DNA of 64,000 nucleotides from Rhodobiaceae bacterium (GCA_038147995.1 JAYQUO010000007.1:26020-90019), one strand, 5' to 3'. Shown: positions 19,754-29,273, numbered from the stretch's first letter. Program-made: numbers and translations. The notes: generated from the sequence alone by a model not told the origin.

Positions 19754-22078
19754 TCACTTGCGTCGCCACCATCCACCGCGCCGAGGCTTCTTATCATCGG
19801 CTTCAGCCGCGGCGTCTTGAGGTTGATCGGCATCGTCTTGTGGCTCGCTTGCTTGCTCTGCAGACACAGGGGTCGCGCTGGCTTCGTCGACGTCGCTCGC
19901 AGGCGCCTCAGGCGATGCGTCTTGTTTTTTGCGCCGCCCGCCGCGTTTTGGCTTTTTCGCTGTTTCGTCACTTTTAGAAGTGGCGGTTGTTTCCTCTTCC
20001 TTGGGCACAACAGTTTCGGTTGCCACCGCCTCGATATCTGCAGGCGCCTGTTCGGCTTGCACGTCGGTAAGGTCAGCACCATCGTCTGCCGAAGCACCCG
20101 CACTATCGCTCGCTGCATCTTCAGCGTCGGCTGCTTCGTCGCTTATGGGCGCGCTGTCAGAAGCGGCATCACGGCGACGATTGCGACCACCGCGGCGTCC
20201 CCGGCGACGCCGGCGACCCCTTGGTTCCTCACCATCAGCCTCGGCACCCGTGGTTTGACTGCGCTCGTCTGATACGACATCGTCGGCTTCTTCTTCGCCC
20301 CTTTGAGTGTCCGTGGCGCGCGTTTCTTTATCATTGGTGTCGCGCTCGCGGCGGCGGTCGCGGTCACGCCGATTGCGGTTATTACGCTGGGGCGGCTTGG
20401 CCTCGCTCGCAGCGTCCATGCGAAGGGCTTTGACCTCACCGTCCTCATTGATTTGTAAGGTCATCTCCATGGCCATCAGATGATCATCGACATTAATAAC
20501 AAGAAGCAACTCATGCGCTGCTTCAAGATCGCGTAAAGCGGATCGTTTTTGGTTTAGGAGATAGAGGGCGACGTCGGATGGAAGCCCCAAGGTTAGCGTG
20601 CCGTCTTTGGCATTTTTAGCGACTTCGCCAATTTGTCTCAGGACATGCAAGGCGCGGCTTTCCACCGAACGGATGAGGCCCGTTCCTTGGCAATGTTTGC
20701 ACGTGTTGCTGCTGCTATCAACAACGCCAGAGCGGATACGCTGGCGTGACATCTCGAGAAGACCGAAGGGGCTTATTCGTCCAACCTGGATGCGGGCACG
20801 ATCGCTTTTCAAGGCTTCTTTCAAACGTTTTTCTACAGCCCGATTATTCCGGTTTTCATCCATATCAATAAAGTCGATCACCAAAAGGCCAGCGAGGTCG
20901 CGCAAACGCATTTGGCGGGCGACTTCTTCGGCGGCTTCGAGGTTGGTATTGACAGCCGTCTTCTCGATCGAGTATTCCCCCGTCGATTTACCAGAGTTCA
21001 CATCGACAGCAACCAAGGCTTCGGTTTGATTGATCACCAAATAGCCACCAGACGGCAGATGCACGACGGGGTTGAACATGGCCGCCAGTTGATCTTCGAC
21101 ACCGGATTCGCGGAACAGCGATTGCTCGCCCTTATGTTGCTTTACCTTGCGGGCGTGGCTCGGCATTAGAAGCTTCATATAATCACGCGCTTCGCTGTAG
21201 GCATCGGTTCCGTCAACGACCACTTCATCATAATCTTTGTTGTAAAGATCGCGGATACAACGGCGGATCAGAGAGCCTTCTTCGTAAACCAATGCGGGGG
21301 CCGAGCTTTTGAGCGTTTGATTGCGTACATCCTCCCAAGTTTTGGAAAGATATTTATAATCGCGCTTAATTTCGGCGGCTGTGCGTTGCGCACCTGCTGT
21401 TCGAATGATTAATCCCATGCCGTCTGGCACATCTAATTTGGCAACTGCAGCTTTGAGTTTTTTGCGGTCGGCCGCATTATTGATTTTTCGAGATATGCCT
21501 CCGCCGCGAGCCGTATTGGGCATTAAAACGCAGTACCGACCAGCCAAAGACAAATAAGTTGTCAGGGCGGCTCCTTTATTGCCGCGTTCCTCTTTCACCA
21601 CCTGAACCAAAATGATTTGGCGGCGTTTGATGACTTCTTGGATTTTATATTTCCGGGTAACGTTTTGCTGACGCGCACCAACCTCTTCATGCGCATCGCC
21701 GCCTAAGTTTTCAATGTGATCGGCTTGATCTTCGCTGAGCTCTTCGTCGCCCTCGGAGGCCGTGTCGACCTCTTTCTCCGCTTCTTCTTGCTCAGCGGCG
21801 TGCTCACGCAAAAGCTCTTCGCGATCGGAAACAGGGATTTGATAATAATCAGGATGGATTTCGCTAAAGGCGAGGAAACCATGACGATTGCCGCCATAGT
21901 CGACGAAAGCAGCCTGCAACGAAGGTTCGACGCGGGTTACTTTTGCGAGATAAATATTGCCTCTAAGTGGAAGTTTGGTTTCTGATTCAAAATCAAACTC
22001 GGTGATTTGTTGGTTTTCTTCAACAACAACGCGTGTCTCTTCGGGGTGCGCTGCATCGATCAGCATTCGAAATGTCAT
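19754..22078 (-). CDS. rne: Ribonuclease E
   Basis: The start is taken at MTFRMLIDAAHPEETRVVV (GGAG 9 nt upstream). It has an S1 domain, EERGNKGAALTTYLSL, VAVDVNSGK, the CxxC Zn-link (CKHCQGTG), and an Arg/acidic-rich C-terminal tail. Confidence 0.95.
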   Translation of the reverse strand: MTFRMLIDAAHPEETRVVVEENQQITEFDFESETKLPLRGNIYLAKVTRVEPSLQAAFVDYGGNRHGFLAFSEIHPDYYQIPVSDREELLREHAAEQEEAEKEVDTASEGDEELSEDQADHIENLGGDAHEEVGARQQNVTRKYKIQEVIKRRQIILVQVVKEERGNKGAALTTYLSLAGRYCVLMPNTARGGGISRKINNAADRKKLKAAVAKLDVPDGMGLIIRTAGAQRTAAEIKRDYKYLSKTWEDVRNQTLKSSAPALVYEEGSLIRRCIRDLYNKDYDEVVVDGTDAYSEARDYMKLLMPSHARKVKQHKGEQSLFRESGVEDQLAAMFNPVVHLPSGGYLVINQTEALVAVDVNSGKSTGEYSIEKTAVNTNLEAAEEVARQMRLRDLAGLLVIDFIDMDENRNNRAVEKRLKEALKSDRARIQVGRISPFGLLEMSRQRIRSGVVDSSSNTCKHCQGTGLIRSVESRALHVLRQIGEVAKNAKDGTLTLGLPSDVALYLLNQKRSALRDLEAAHELLLVINVDDHLMAMEMTLQINEDGEVKALRMDAASEAKPPQRNNRNRRDRDRRRERDTNDKETRATDTQRGEEEADDVVSDERSQTTGAEADGEEPRGRRRRRGRRGGRNRRRDAASDSAPISDEAADAEDAASDSAGASADDGADLTDVQAEQAPADIEAVATETVVPKEEETTATSKSDETAKKPKRGGRRKKQDASPEAPASDVDEASATPVSAEQASEPQDDADQPQDAAAEADDKKPRRGGWWRRK

Positions 22079-22535
22079 AATGGGTAACTCCGTACGCAAC
22101 CTGCCTTCCGCGCACAAAGTCGCTGGCGGTTGCGGTTTTATAAAAATTTGTGAAATAAACAGGGGAAGTCGCAAGCGCGCCGCTTCCGTGGCGTTGCATT
22201 CTTGATGTTTTGCCATGCATGACGTGCATTTGGCTTTCCCCGTTCATGGCCTAAGGCCCAATTGTCCTTGTGGTCAGGCGGTTTAGTAGCCGACCATTTC
22301 GTTCTTGCTGTGTTGTTTTAGGGGGCGCTCTAAGGCCCTTAAACATGGGAGGTGTTAAGTCCCCAGCGAGCTCCCTTTTGTAGTCGTGCGGCGGCATTGA
22401 CGCAAGCTTTTCCTCACTCTGCTGTTCCGGCTTGCCTTATTGGTGCCGGATTTTCCAAGATATCCTTGCTTATTGAACCAAAACCCCGAGTCGGGCCATA
22501 GTCCCTCAAAAGCTTGGCATGAAAGGAGAGAACCG
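22079..22535 (-). promoter_or_regulatory. 457-bp non-coding divergent region: presumed long rne 5' leader plus the rne and amidase promoters
   Basis: This is the largest non-coding stretch in the window and contains several short hairpins. RNase E genes are known to carry long autoregulatory leaders. The transcript boundaries are not determinable from sequence. Confidence 0.4.
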
Positions 22536-23738
22536 ATGATTGGTACGCGGCTGTACCGTGTGATTCTCGCTGTTGCGCTCTATGTGCTGGCTTCCGGAGC
22601 GGCTCTTGCTGAGGCACGGCTGGAAAATTTCCGCCTTGGGGTTGATGGCAATCGCACGCGTATCGTCATTGATTTAACGGAAAAAGTTGCATTTAAGTAT
22701 TTTACGCTCGCTGACCCGTATCGCGTGGTGATCGACTTGCCAGCTCTAACGTGGCAGCAAAATATGCGGGTACCGGCATGGGAGGGTTTGGTCAAGAATT
22801 TGAGATTTGGCTTGTTCTCGACCGACATCATGCGGGTTGTGCTGGATGCAAATGGGCCGGTTTCGGTGTCCAAAATTTTCCTATTAGAGCCTTCGGCGGG
22901 TTTTAACTATCGGCTTGTTATTGATCTCGAGACCACGTCGGAGACCGCTTTTCGGGCAGCAATTGATGCCCGTCGCGCGGTTGAGAGCACCGCATCTGAA
23001 CCCGAGATCGCGCCGTCGGCGCCAATCCGTTCTGCCGCAAAGCCGAAAAATAGCAAACCCGTGATTGTGATCGACGCCGGGCATGGGGGCGTTGACCCTG
23101 GGGCGCATGGGCGCAAGGCGCGCGAAAAAGACGTTGTGTTGGCTTTTGCCCGCGAATTGGCCGCTGCCTTACGCAAATCTGGACGCTATGAGGTGCATTT
23201 GACGCGTGACAGGGATATCTACATTCCGTTGCGCGAGCGGGTGAATATCGCGCGACGCCATGATGCGAATCTATTTATTTCCATTCATGCCGATGCGATT
23301 GAACGTAAGAAAGTTCGCGGTATGTCGATTTATACCTTGTCTGAAACAGCTTCTGATAAGGAAGCGGCCGCGCTGGCGCGACAAGAAAACCGCTCCGATA
23401 TTATTGCGGGGATAGATTTTGGCAACCAGCCCTCGGAGGTCACAAATATTCTGATTGATTTGGCTCAACGGGAAACCAAAAATCTGTCAGTCAAATTTGC
23501 CAATACAGTCGTTAGCAAAATGGACGGAAAAACAAAGCTTCTCGATAGAACACACAGATTTGCTGGTTTTCGGGTGCTCAAGGCTCCTGATGTTCCCTCC
23601 GTCTTGATTGAGCTCGGGTTTTTAACAAATCCGAATGAGGAGAAACTTCTTGTATCATCAAAATGGCGGAAATCGGTCTCGGCCGCTTTGACGGAGGCTG
23701 TCGACAAGTATTTTGCCAGCCTTGCAGGTAATTCTTAA
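22536..23738 (+). CDS. amiC: N-acetylmuramoyl-L-alanine amidase (AMIN domain plus Amidase_3)
   Basis: AAGGAGAG RBS before ATG 22536. It has a signal peptide and the motifs VIVIDAGHGGVDPGA, SIHADA and ELGFLTN. Confidence 0.88.
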   Translation: MIGTRLYRVILAVALYVLASGAALAEARLENFRLGVDGNRTRIVIDLTEKVAFKYFTLADPYRVVIDLPALTWQQNMRVPAWEGLVKNLRFGLFSTDIMRVVLDANGPVSVSKIFLLEPSAGFNYRLVIDLETTSETAFRAAIDARRAVESTASEPEIAPSAPIRSAAKPKNSKPVIVIDAGHGGVDPGAHGRKAREKDVVLAFARELAAALRKSGRYEVHLTRDRDIYIPLRERVNIARRHDANLFISIHADAIERKKVRGMSIYTLSETASDKEAAALARQENRSDIIAGIDFGNQPSEVTNILIDLAQRETKNLSVKFANTVVSKMDGKTKLLDRTHRFAGFRVLKAPDVPSVLIELGFLTNPNEEKLLVSSKWRKSVSAALTEAVDKYFASLAGNS

Positions 23739-23816
23739 ATATCAGACCATTAGAAATAGATTTTTGCATAAAAGCCAGTAGACTGCGGACTTCAGGAAAG
23801 GAGCGGGGCGTCAGCC

Positions 23817-26258
23817 ATGCGCATTTTTAAAGCGATCATAAGTTTGGGGCTCTTGCTGACCGCTGTTCTGTCATTTTTGATGGGCGCTTATTTGTGGCAG
23901 GTCAGCAGCACCTTGCCTGATTATCAGCATTTGGCTGATTATGCGCCACCCGTCACCAGTCGGGCGCATGCTGGGGATGGTGCTTTGATTGCTGAATTTG
24001 CGCAACAAAGACGCTTGTTTGTGCCCGTGGACTCGATCCCGAAGATTGTCGAACAGGCCTTTCTATCCTCCGAAGACAAGAATTTTTACGACCATTTGGG
24101 GCTCGATTTTTTTGGCATTGCCCGCGCCGCCATCCAAAATGTTATTAATGTTATCAATAATCGTCGGCTTGAGGGCGCATCGACCATTACCCAACAAGTG
24201 GCGAAAAATTTTCTCCTCACCAATGACGTTACCTTTCGGCGTAAACTCAAAGAAGCGATCTTGTCTGTGCGCTTGGAGAATGCCTTCACCAAGCGGCAAA
24301 TTCTCGAGCTATATTTGAACGAAATTTACCTCGGTATTGGGAGCTATGGTGTTGCCGCTGCCGCCCTGAATTACTTTGATAAGGCGCTCGATGAATTGAC
24401 AGTGGCCGAGGCCGCTTATCTGGCCGCCTTGCCCAAAGCCCCGAATAATTATCACCCCATTCGACAAAAAGATCGCGCCGTTGCGCGGCGGGATTGGGTT
24501 ATCGATCGCATGCAAGAAAATGGATTTATTTCCGGCATGCGTGCGAACGAGGCCAAGCTAGAAGATCTTGTGGTCCAATTTCGCCCCGTCGGGGTGCAGC
24601 AAGTCGATGCCGAATATTTTGTCGAGGAAGTGCGTCGAAATGTACAAAATTTATTCGGCGACAAGCAACTCTATGGTGGTGGGCTGTCGATACGGTCGAC
24701 ACTTGATACACGCTTGCAAACGATTGCGCAGACCGCCTTGCGCGACGGGTTGGTCGCGTACGATCAACGTTATGGCTATCGTGGTCCAGTGCAGCAGCTT
24801 GAAACGATTGAAGATTGGCCAGCGCAATTGGCGAACATCAAGGTTGTACAAGATGTGGCGCCTTGGCGCATGGCAGTCGTGATCTCGGTTGACGACGAAG
24901 AAGCGGAAATCGGTTTGCGACCCGTGACCCCTTTGACGGAAGAAGAGGAGCCGCAAATCGGGCGTCTCAAAATCGCGGAAGCGAGATGGGCGCGGCGGGC
25001 GGCGATTGGGGGCGGCCGCATGGGGGGTGCAGTTGTTTCTCTGCATCAAGTGTTGGGTGCTGGTGATGTGATTTATGTTGAACCGCTGGCCACACCTGAC
25101 CAGTTTGCCTTACGGCAATTGCCCGAGGCGAATGGGGCGCTTGTCGCCATGGATCCGCATACAGGGCGTGTGCTTGCTATGGTCGGCGGCTTCAGCTTTG
25201 ACTTGAGTGAATTTAATCGTGCCACCCAAGCGCGGCGCCAGCCGGGGTCATCGTTTAAACCCTTTGTTTATGCGTCGGCTCTTGACGCTGGCTACACGCC
25301 AGCAAGTTTAGTGTTGGACGCACCCTTTGTGATCGACCAGGGTAGCGATCAAGGCCTGTGGAAGCCAGAGAACTATGCGCGGCGCTTCTACGGCCTGTCG
25401 ACTTTGCGGCTCGGTATGGAGAAAAGTCGTAACCTCATGACCATTCGGTTGGCGCAACAAATTGGTATGCAACGCGTTGTCGATTATGCGCGGTCGTTTG
25501 GCGTCAGCGATGATATGCCCCCCGTTTTGGCGATGGCTTTGGGGGCTGGTGAAACGACCTTAATGCGCATGGTTTCGGCTTATTCAACATTCGTAAATGG
25601 TGGCAAACGTATTGAACCCGTCTTGGTTGACCGAATCCAAAATCGCTATGGTTTGACAATTTACAAACATGATACACGGCCATGCGATGCCTGTGCTGTC
25701 GATAACTGGGCGTATCAAGCGCCGCCAAGTTTACCCGATACGCGACTGGAGATTATTCCGCCACAAACAGCTTATCAGATTGTTTCAATGTTGGAGGGTG
25801 CGGTCTTGCGCGGCACCGGCCGAGCAGCGCGGGTCTTAAACCGACCGCTTGCTGGTAAAACCGGAACAACCAATGACAGTCGTGACGCATGGTTTATTGG
25901 GTTCTCTCCCGATTTGGTTGTCGGAACCTATATCGGTTTCGACGATAATCGCAGTCTCGGGTCAGGCGAGTCTGGCGGTAAGGTCGCGGCCCCCGTGTTT
26001 ACAGAATTTATGCGCCAAGCATTACGCGACGCTCCAGTGATCCCGTTTCGTATTCCGCCCAATGTTAGTCTCGTGCGGATTAGCGCTAAGTCGGGCAAAT
26101 TAGCCTCAGCCAACGACCGTGATGTTATTCTAGAGGCGTTCAAAGTCGGAACCGAACCTGTTTCGGGTCGCCGGCAATTGGTCATTGACGGCAATACAGG
26201 CGCTTCGGATCGCGCTGATCAAAATAAACAATCGCCTGCCACGGGTGGTCTTTACTAA
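23817..26258 (+). CDS. mrcA: Penicillin-binding protein 1A (bifunctional glycosyltransferase/transpeptidase)
   Basis: It has the GT51 motifs EDKNFYDH and GASTITQQ, and the TPase motifs SSFKP (SxxK), SRN and KTGTT. Confidence 0.95.
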   Translation: MRIFKAIISLGLLLTAVLSFLMGAYLWQVSSTLPDYQHLADYAPPVTSRAHAGDGALIAEFAQQRRLFVPVDSIPKIVEQAFLSSEDKNFYDHLGLDFFGIARAAIQNVINVINNRRLEGASTITQQVAKNFLLTNDVTFRRKLKEAILSVRLENAFTKRQILELYLNEIYLGIGSYGVAAAALNYFDKALDELTVAEAAYLAALPKAPNNYHPIRQKDRAVARRDWVIDRMQENGFISGMRANEAKLEDLVVQFRPVGVQQVDAEYFVEEVRRNVQNLFGDKQLYGGGLSIRSTLDTRLQTIAQTALRDGLVAYDQRYGYRGPVQQLETIEDWPAQLANIKVVQDVAPWRMAVVISVDDEEAEIGLRPVTPLTEEEEPQIGRLKIAEARWARRAAIGGGRMGGAVVSLHQVLGAGDVIYVEPLATPDQFALRQLPEANGALVAMDPHTGRVLAMVGGFSFDLSEFNRATQARRQPGSSFKPFVYASALDAGYTPASLVLDAPFVIDQGSDQGLWKPENYARRFYGLSTLRLGMEKSRNLMTIRLAQQIGMQRVVDYARSFGVSDDMPPVLAMALGAGETTLMRMVSAYSTFVNGGKRIEPVLVDRIQNRYGLTIYKHDTRPCDACAVDNWAYQAPPSLPDTRLEIIPPQTAYQIVSMLEGAVLRGTGRAARVLNRPLAGKTGTTNDSRDAWFIGFSPDLVVGTYIGFDDNRSLGSGESGGKVAAPVFTEFMRQALRDAPVIPFRIPPNVSLVRISAKSGKLASANDRDVILEAFKVGTEPVSGRRQLVIDGNTGASDRADQNKQSPATGGLY

Positions 26259-26305
26259 AACCAAAGGCGGCGGTAGTGTCGCGACGCATTTAATGAGGTT
26301 TAATT

Positions 26306-27437
26306 GTGAACGCAGAAGCGCATGACCATGTCGATCGCATCCAGCAGGCTGTCGCCTTGCTGAGGAGGCATCTTTGACTGGGATAAAGCCAATGCCCGCT
26401 TGGAGGCCTTGAACCGCGAGGCTGAACGGTCCGACTTGTGGGATGATCCCACCAAAGCGCAAAAGCTCATGCAAGAACGCAATCATCTGGAGCAGTCTAT
26501 CAAAGCCTGTTTGGCGCTCGAGACACAGAGCGCCGACGCTGTGGGCCTCATAGAGCTGGGCGAGGAGGAGGGTGATGCGGAAGTCGTCGCCGAGGCTTTG
26601 ACAGCATTATCCGCTTTGCGCGAACAAGCCGAACGCATGGAGGTGGAAACGCTTCTGTCGGGAGAGGCCGATGCAAATTCTGCGTTCCTTGAAATTCATG
26701 CTGGTGCTGGAGGAACGGAGAGCCAAGATTGGGCCAGTATGCTGATGCGGATGTATTTGCGTTGGGCGGAACGGCGCGGCTTCAAAACTGAGGTCATCGA
26801 TATGACGGACGGCGAGGAAGCAGGGATCAAATCGACGACAATTCTGATACGCGGCCATAATGCTTATGGCTGGGCGAAGACCGAGTCTGGTGTCCATCGT
26901 TTGGTTCGCATTTCGCCCTTTGACTCGCAGTCACGTCGGCATACGAGTTTTGCCAGCGTCGGCTGTTATCCCGAAGTTGATGATGCAATTGAAATTGATG
27001 TTTCAGAGGCGGATGTTCGGATTGACACCTTCCGCGCGAGCGGCGCTGGTGGGCAGCACGTCAACACGACCGATAGTGCAGTCCGCATTACGCATATGCC
27101 GACGGGTATTGTTGTGCAGTGCCAGAATGAGCGATCACAGCACAAAAACCGCGCTACCGCTTGGACCATGCTGAAAGCGCGGCTTTATGAATTAGAGTTG
27201 CAGAAGCGCGAGGAGGAAGCTCTGGCGCAGGCGCAAAGTAAGACCGAAATTGGCTGGGGCCACCAGATTAGATCTTATGTTTTGCAACCCTATCAAATGG
27301 TCAAGGACCTTCGAACGAGCGTTGAAAGTGGTAATCCGCAGGCCGTTCTCGATGGAGCGATTGATATGTTTATTGAGGCCGCTTTGGCGCAACGCGCCTA
27401 TGGTGACGGCGCAAAAGACGCAACAGATCTCGATTAA
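26306..27437 (+). CDS. prfB: Peptide chain release factor 2, made by a programmed +1 frameshift: join(26306..26374,26376..27437)
   Basis: A short frame-0 ORF starts at GTG 26306 and ends at in-frame TGA 26375-26377. The +1 frame then runs on through [17 protein letters not shown].. to the SPF and GGQ ([11 protein letters not shown]) motifs. Confidence 0.93.
26363..26378 (+). promoter_or_regulatory. prfB +1 ribosomal frameshift site
   Basis: The sequence is AGGAGG CAT CTT TGA C. This gives an internal SD-like element, a 3-nt spacer and the slippery CTT followed by TGA C, the same layout as the classical E. coli site. Confidence 0.9.
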
Positions 27438-27832
27438 GAATTACGTTCGAGACGGGCTGCAAACTGCTCAGGCTTGATACTCGCTTCCGCCAGAGGGTCT
27501 TTTTCTCTTTTAACGGCACCGTTTAATTCAGCACCCGACTCGATGGCTAGAACTTCATGGAAAATGTCGCCATTGATCCGCGAACCGGAGCAGAGATGAA
27601 CTTGACGCGCCCGTATTGTGCCATCAACTTGGCCGCGGATTGTTACGATCTCGCCTGCAATTTCTCCCCGAATGCGCGCCGTTTCGCCAATCGTTACGGC
27701 GTGGGAGCAAATATTACCGTCTAATACGCCATCGAGTTGCACATCTCCCGACGAATAAATCTGTCCTTTGATCGCAAGATCAGCGCTTAAAATTGACGGC
27801 GCAACGCGGTGTAGACGTTTAATCTCAGCCAT
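27434..27832 (-). CDS. Bactofilin-family cytoskeletal protein
   Basis: 132 aa. It shows a repetitive beta-helix pattern ([13 protein letters not shown].., [20 protein letters not shown].., INGDIF..) with short tails. Confidence 0.8.
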   Translation of the reverse strand: MAEIKRLHRVAPSILSADLAIKGQIYSSGDVQLDGVLDGNICSHAVTIGETARIRGEIAGEIVTIRGQVDGTIRARQVHLCSGSRINGDIFHEVLAIESGAELNGAVKREKDPLAEASIKPEQFAARLERNS

Positions 27833-27843
27833 TTTATACCCTA

Positions 27844-29184
27844 TTAATCACTGCCTAGTGTTTCAGATACGCTAAAGATCTGTTGCCCAGTTGTCAAAAA
27901 ACTCTGCGGATCGCGAACCCGACCCTCATACCAGATTTCATAGTGCAAATGCGGCCCCGTACTACGACCTGTATTGCCGCTATCTCCGATTTGGTCTTGG
28001 AAGCCCACAGTCTGGCCACGCCGAACGCGGGTCGTGTTCAAATGCGCATAACGCGTTTTGAAGCCGTTGCCGTGGTCAATCTCGACAACCTTCCCATAGG
28101 GACCGCGATTACCCGCATAGGTAACGACGCCCGCTAGGGTCGAGTAAACAGCCGTTCCTGTCGGTGTTCCAAAATCGGCACCCGAGTGAAATGCTGGACG
28201 CTTTTGAATCGGGTCAAGGCGCGGTCCAAAGCCGCTGGTTTGACGGTAATTATGGATCGGGCGGGCCAACGGGATATGCTGAATTGCGCGCGATAAATTA
28301 TCGAGGCGCTCGAGATTTGACGAAATCCGAAACAATTGTTGATCGAGGCTCTCGCCAAGTTTGCCGTTGGTTGCGAGCGGGATATAGGGGCCGCCCGTGG
28401 CTCTTTCGTCCTCGGGAACGATCTGTGCAACAAAAGTGTCGGTTTTAAGAAGGTTTGTGCCCTCAATGATCGCTGCATATTCGCGTAAGGCTCGATCGGT
28501 GTTTTCTTCGATCGCATCAATCAGGTCTTTTTGACGAACGCTCAAATTATCAATCCGGTGATAGGTATCGTCATCCATCAGCGCTAGAGGACTGGCTGTT
28601 CGGGTTGGCTCATCGGCCGATGCAGAATTTTCAATTTCGGTTAGCATCGCGACGCTATCCATCGGATCTTGACGGGTTAAACGGCTTTCCAAAGTGGCTG
28701 AGCTCTTGCGACCGATTGCTGCGACCAGACGCGTATCGCCAGCAGTGCGTCGCGTCCGCTTCGTCATTTCGGCAAATCTGTCCTGCATCTCATTGATTTG
28801 TTCATTGATCGAAGCATGGCGTTCCAGCATGGACGTAATGGCCTTGTGGCGCGCTTCAAGTCGGCTCGTCGTTTCGTCGAACCAATCGGTAGCCAGGGCC
28901 AGTTGCCCATTTAGACTGTCATAGTCTGCTTGCAACTTATTCAGTTTGTCTTGATACAAAATGATTTGGCTTTTGAGATCCACCAGCGCTTGCGCTTCGA
29001 TTTGATCCGCCAGAATGGTGCGAACGGAGGTAAAGGCCAGCCAACCACTGAGCAGAATGCCAAATATGACCAATATTGATTGCGACCGTAAAGACAGCGA
29101 CAAATAGCGCACGCTGCCCTTGCTGCGGACGTAAATTTGTTTCTCGGTAAAATAATGCCCGATCTGCCAGATGAGTTTACGCAT
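27844..29184 (-). CDS. Membrane-anchored M23 (LytM-type) peptidase with a coiled-coil linker
   Basis: It has an N-terminal cytoplasmic tail, one TM (ILVIFGILLSGWLAFTSV) and a coiled-coil region. The C-terminal M23 domain has intact HxxxD (HSGAD) and HxH (HLH) zinc motifs. Confidence 0.85.
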   Translation of the reverse strand: MRKLIWQIGHYFTEKQIYVRSKGSVRYLSLSLRSQSILVIFGILLSGWLAFTSVRTILADQIEAQALVDLKSQIILYQDKLNKLQADYDSLNGQLALATDWFDETTSRLEARHKAITSMLERHASINEQINEMQDRFAEMTKRTRRTAGDTRLVAAIGRKSSATLESRLTRQDPMDSVAMLTEIENSASADEPTRTASPLALMDDDTYHRIDNLSVRQKDLIDAIEENTDRALREYAAIIEGTNLLKTDTFVAQIVPEDERATGGPYIPLATNGKLGESLDQQLFRISSNLERLDNLSRAIQHIPLARPIHNYRQTSGFGPRLDPIQKRPAFHSGADFGTPTGTAVYSTLAGVVTYAGNRGPYGKVVEIDHGNGFKTRYAHLNTTRVRRGQTVGFQDQIGDSGNTGRSTGPHLHYEIWYEGRVRDPQSFLTTGQQIFSVSETLGSD

Positions 29185-29273
29185 CTTTCTTCCAAGTCAT
29201 TCGCAATATTGACCAGAACATGTCAAAAATCACGCAATAAGGCAAGTTTAGAATATTCATGCTCGGCCTTAGT

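Noticed and set aside
19711-20448. Several long ORFs in other frames and on the plus strand (19751..20272, 19929..20258, 19711..20118, 20143..20448) overlap the 3' end of rne.
   Set aside because: They fall exactly on the low-complexity Arg/Asp/Ala-rich RNase E tail. The codon bias there removes stop codons in several frames. Their translations are Arg/Pro/Ser-rich nonsense with no domain pattern.
22251-22338. The 9-mer ctaaggccc occurs twice in the rne upstream region (22251-22259 and 22330-22338).
   Set aside because: One repeated 9-mer in a 457-bp region is close to the chance expectation (order 0.4). I saw no further copies elsewhere in the window.
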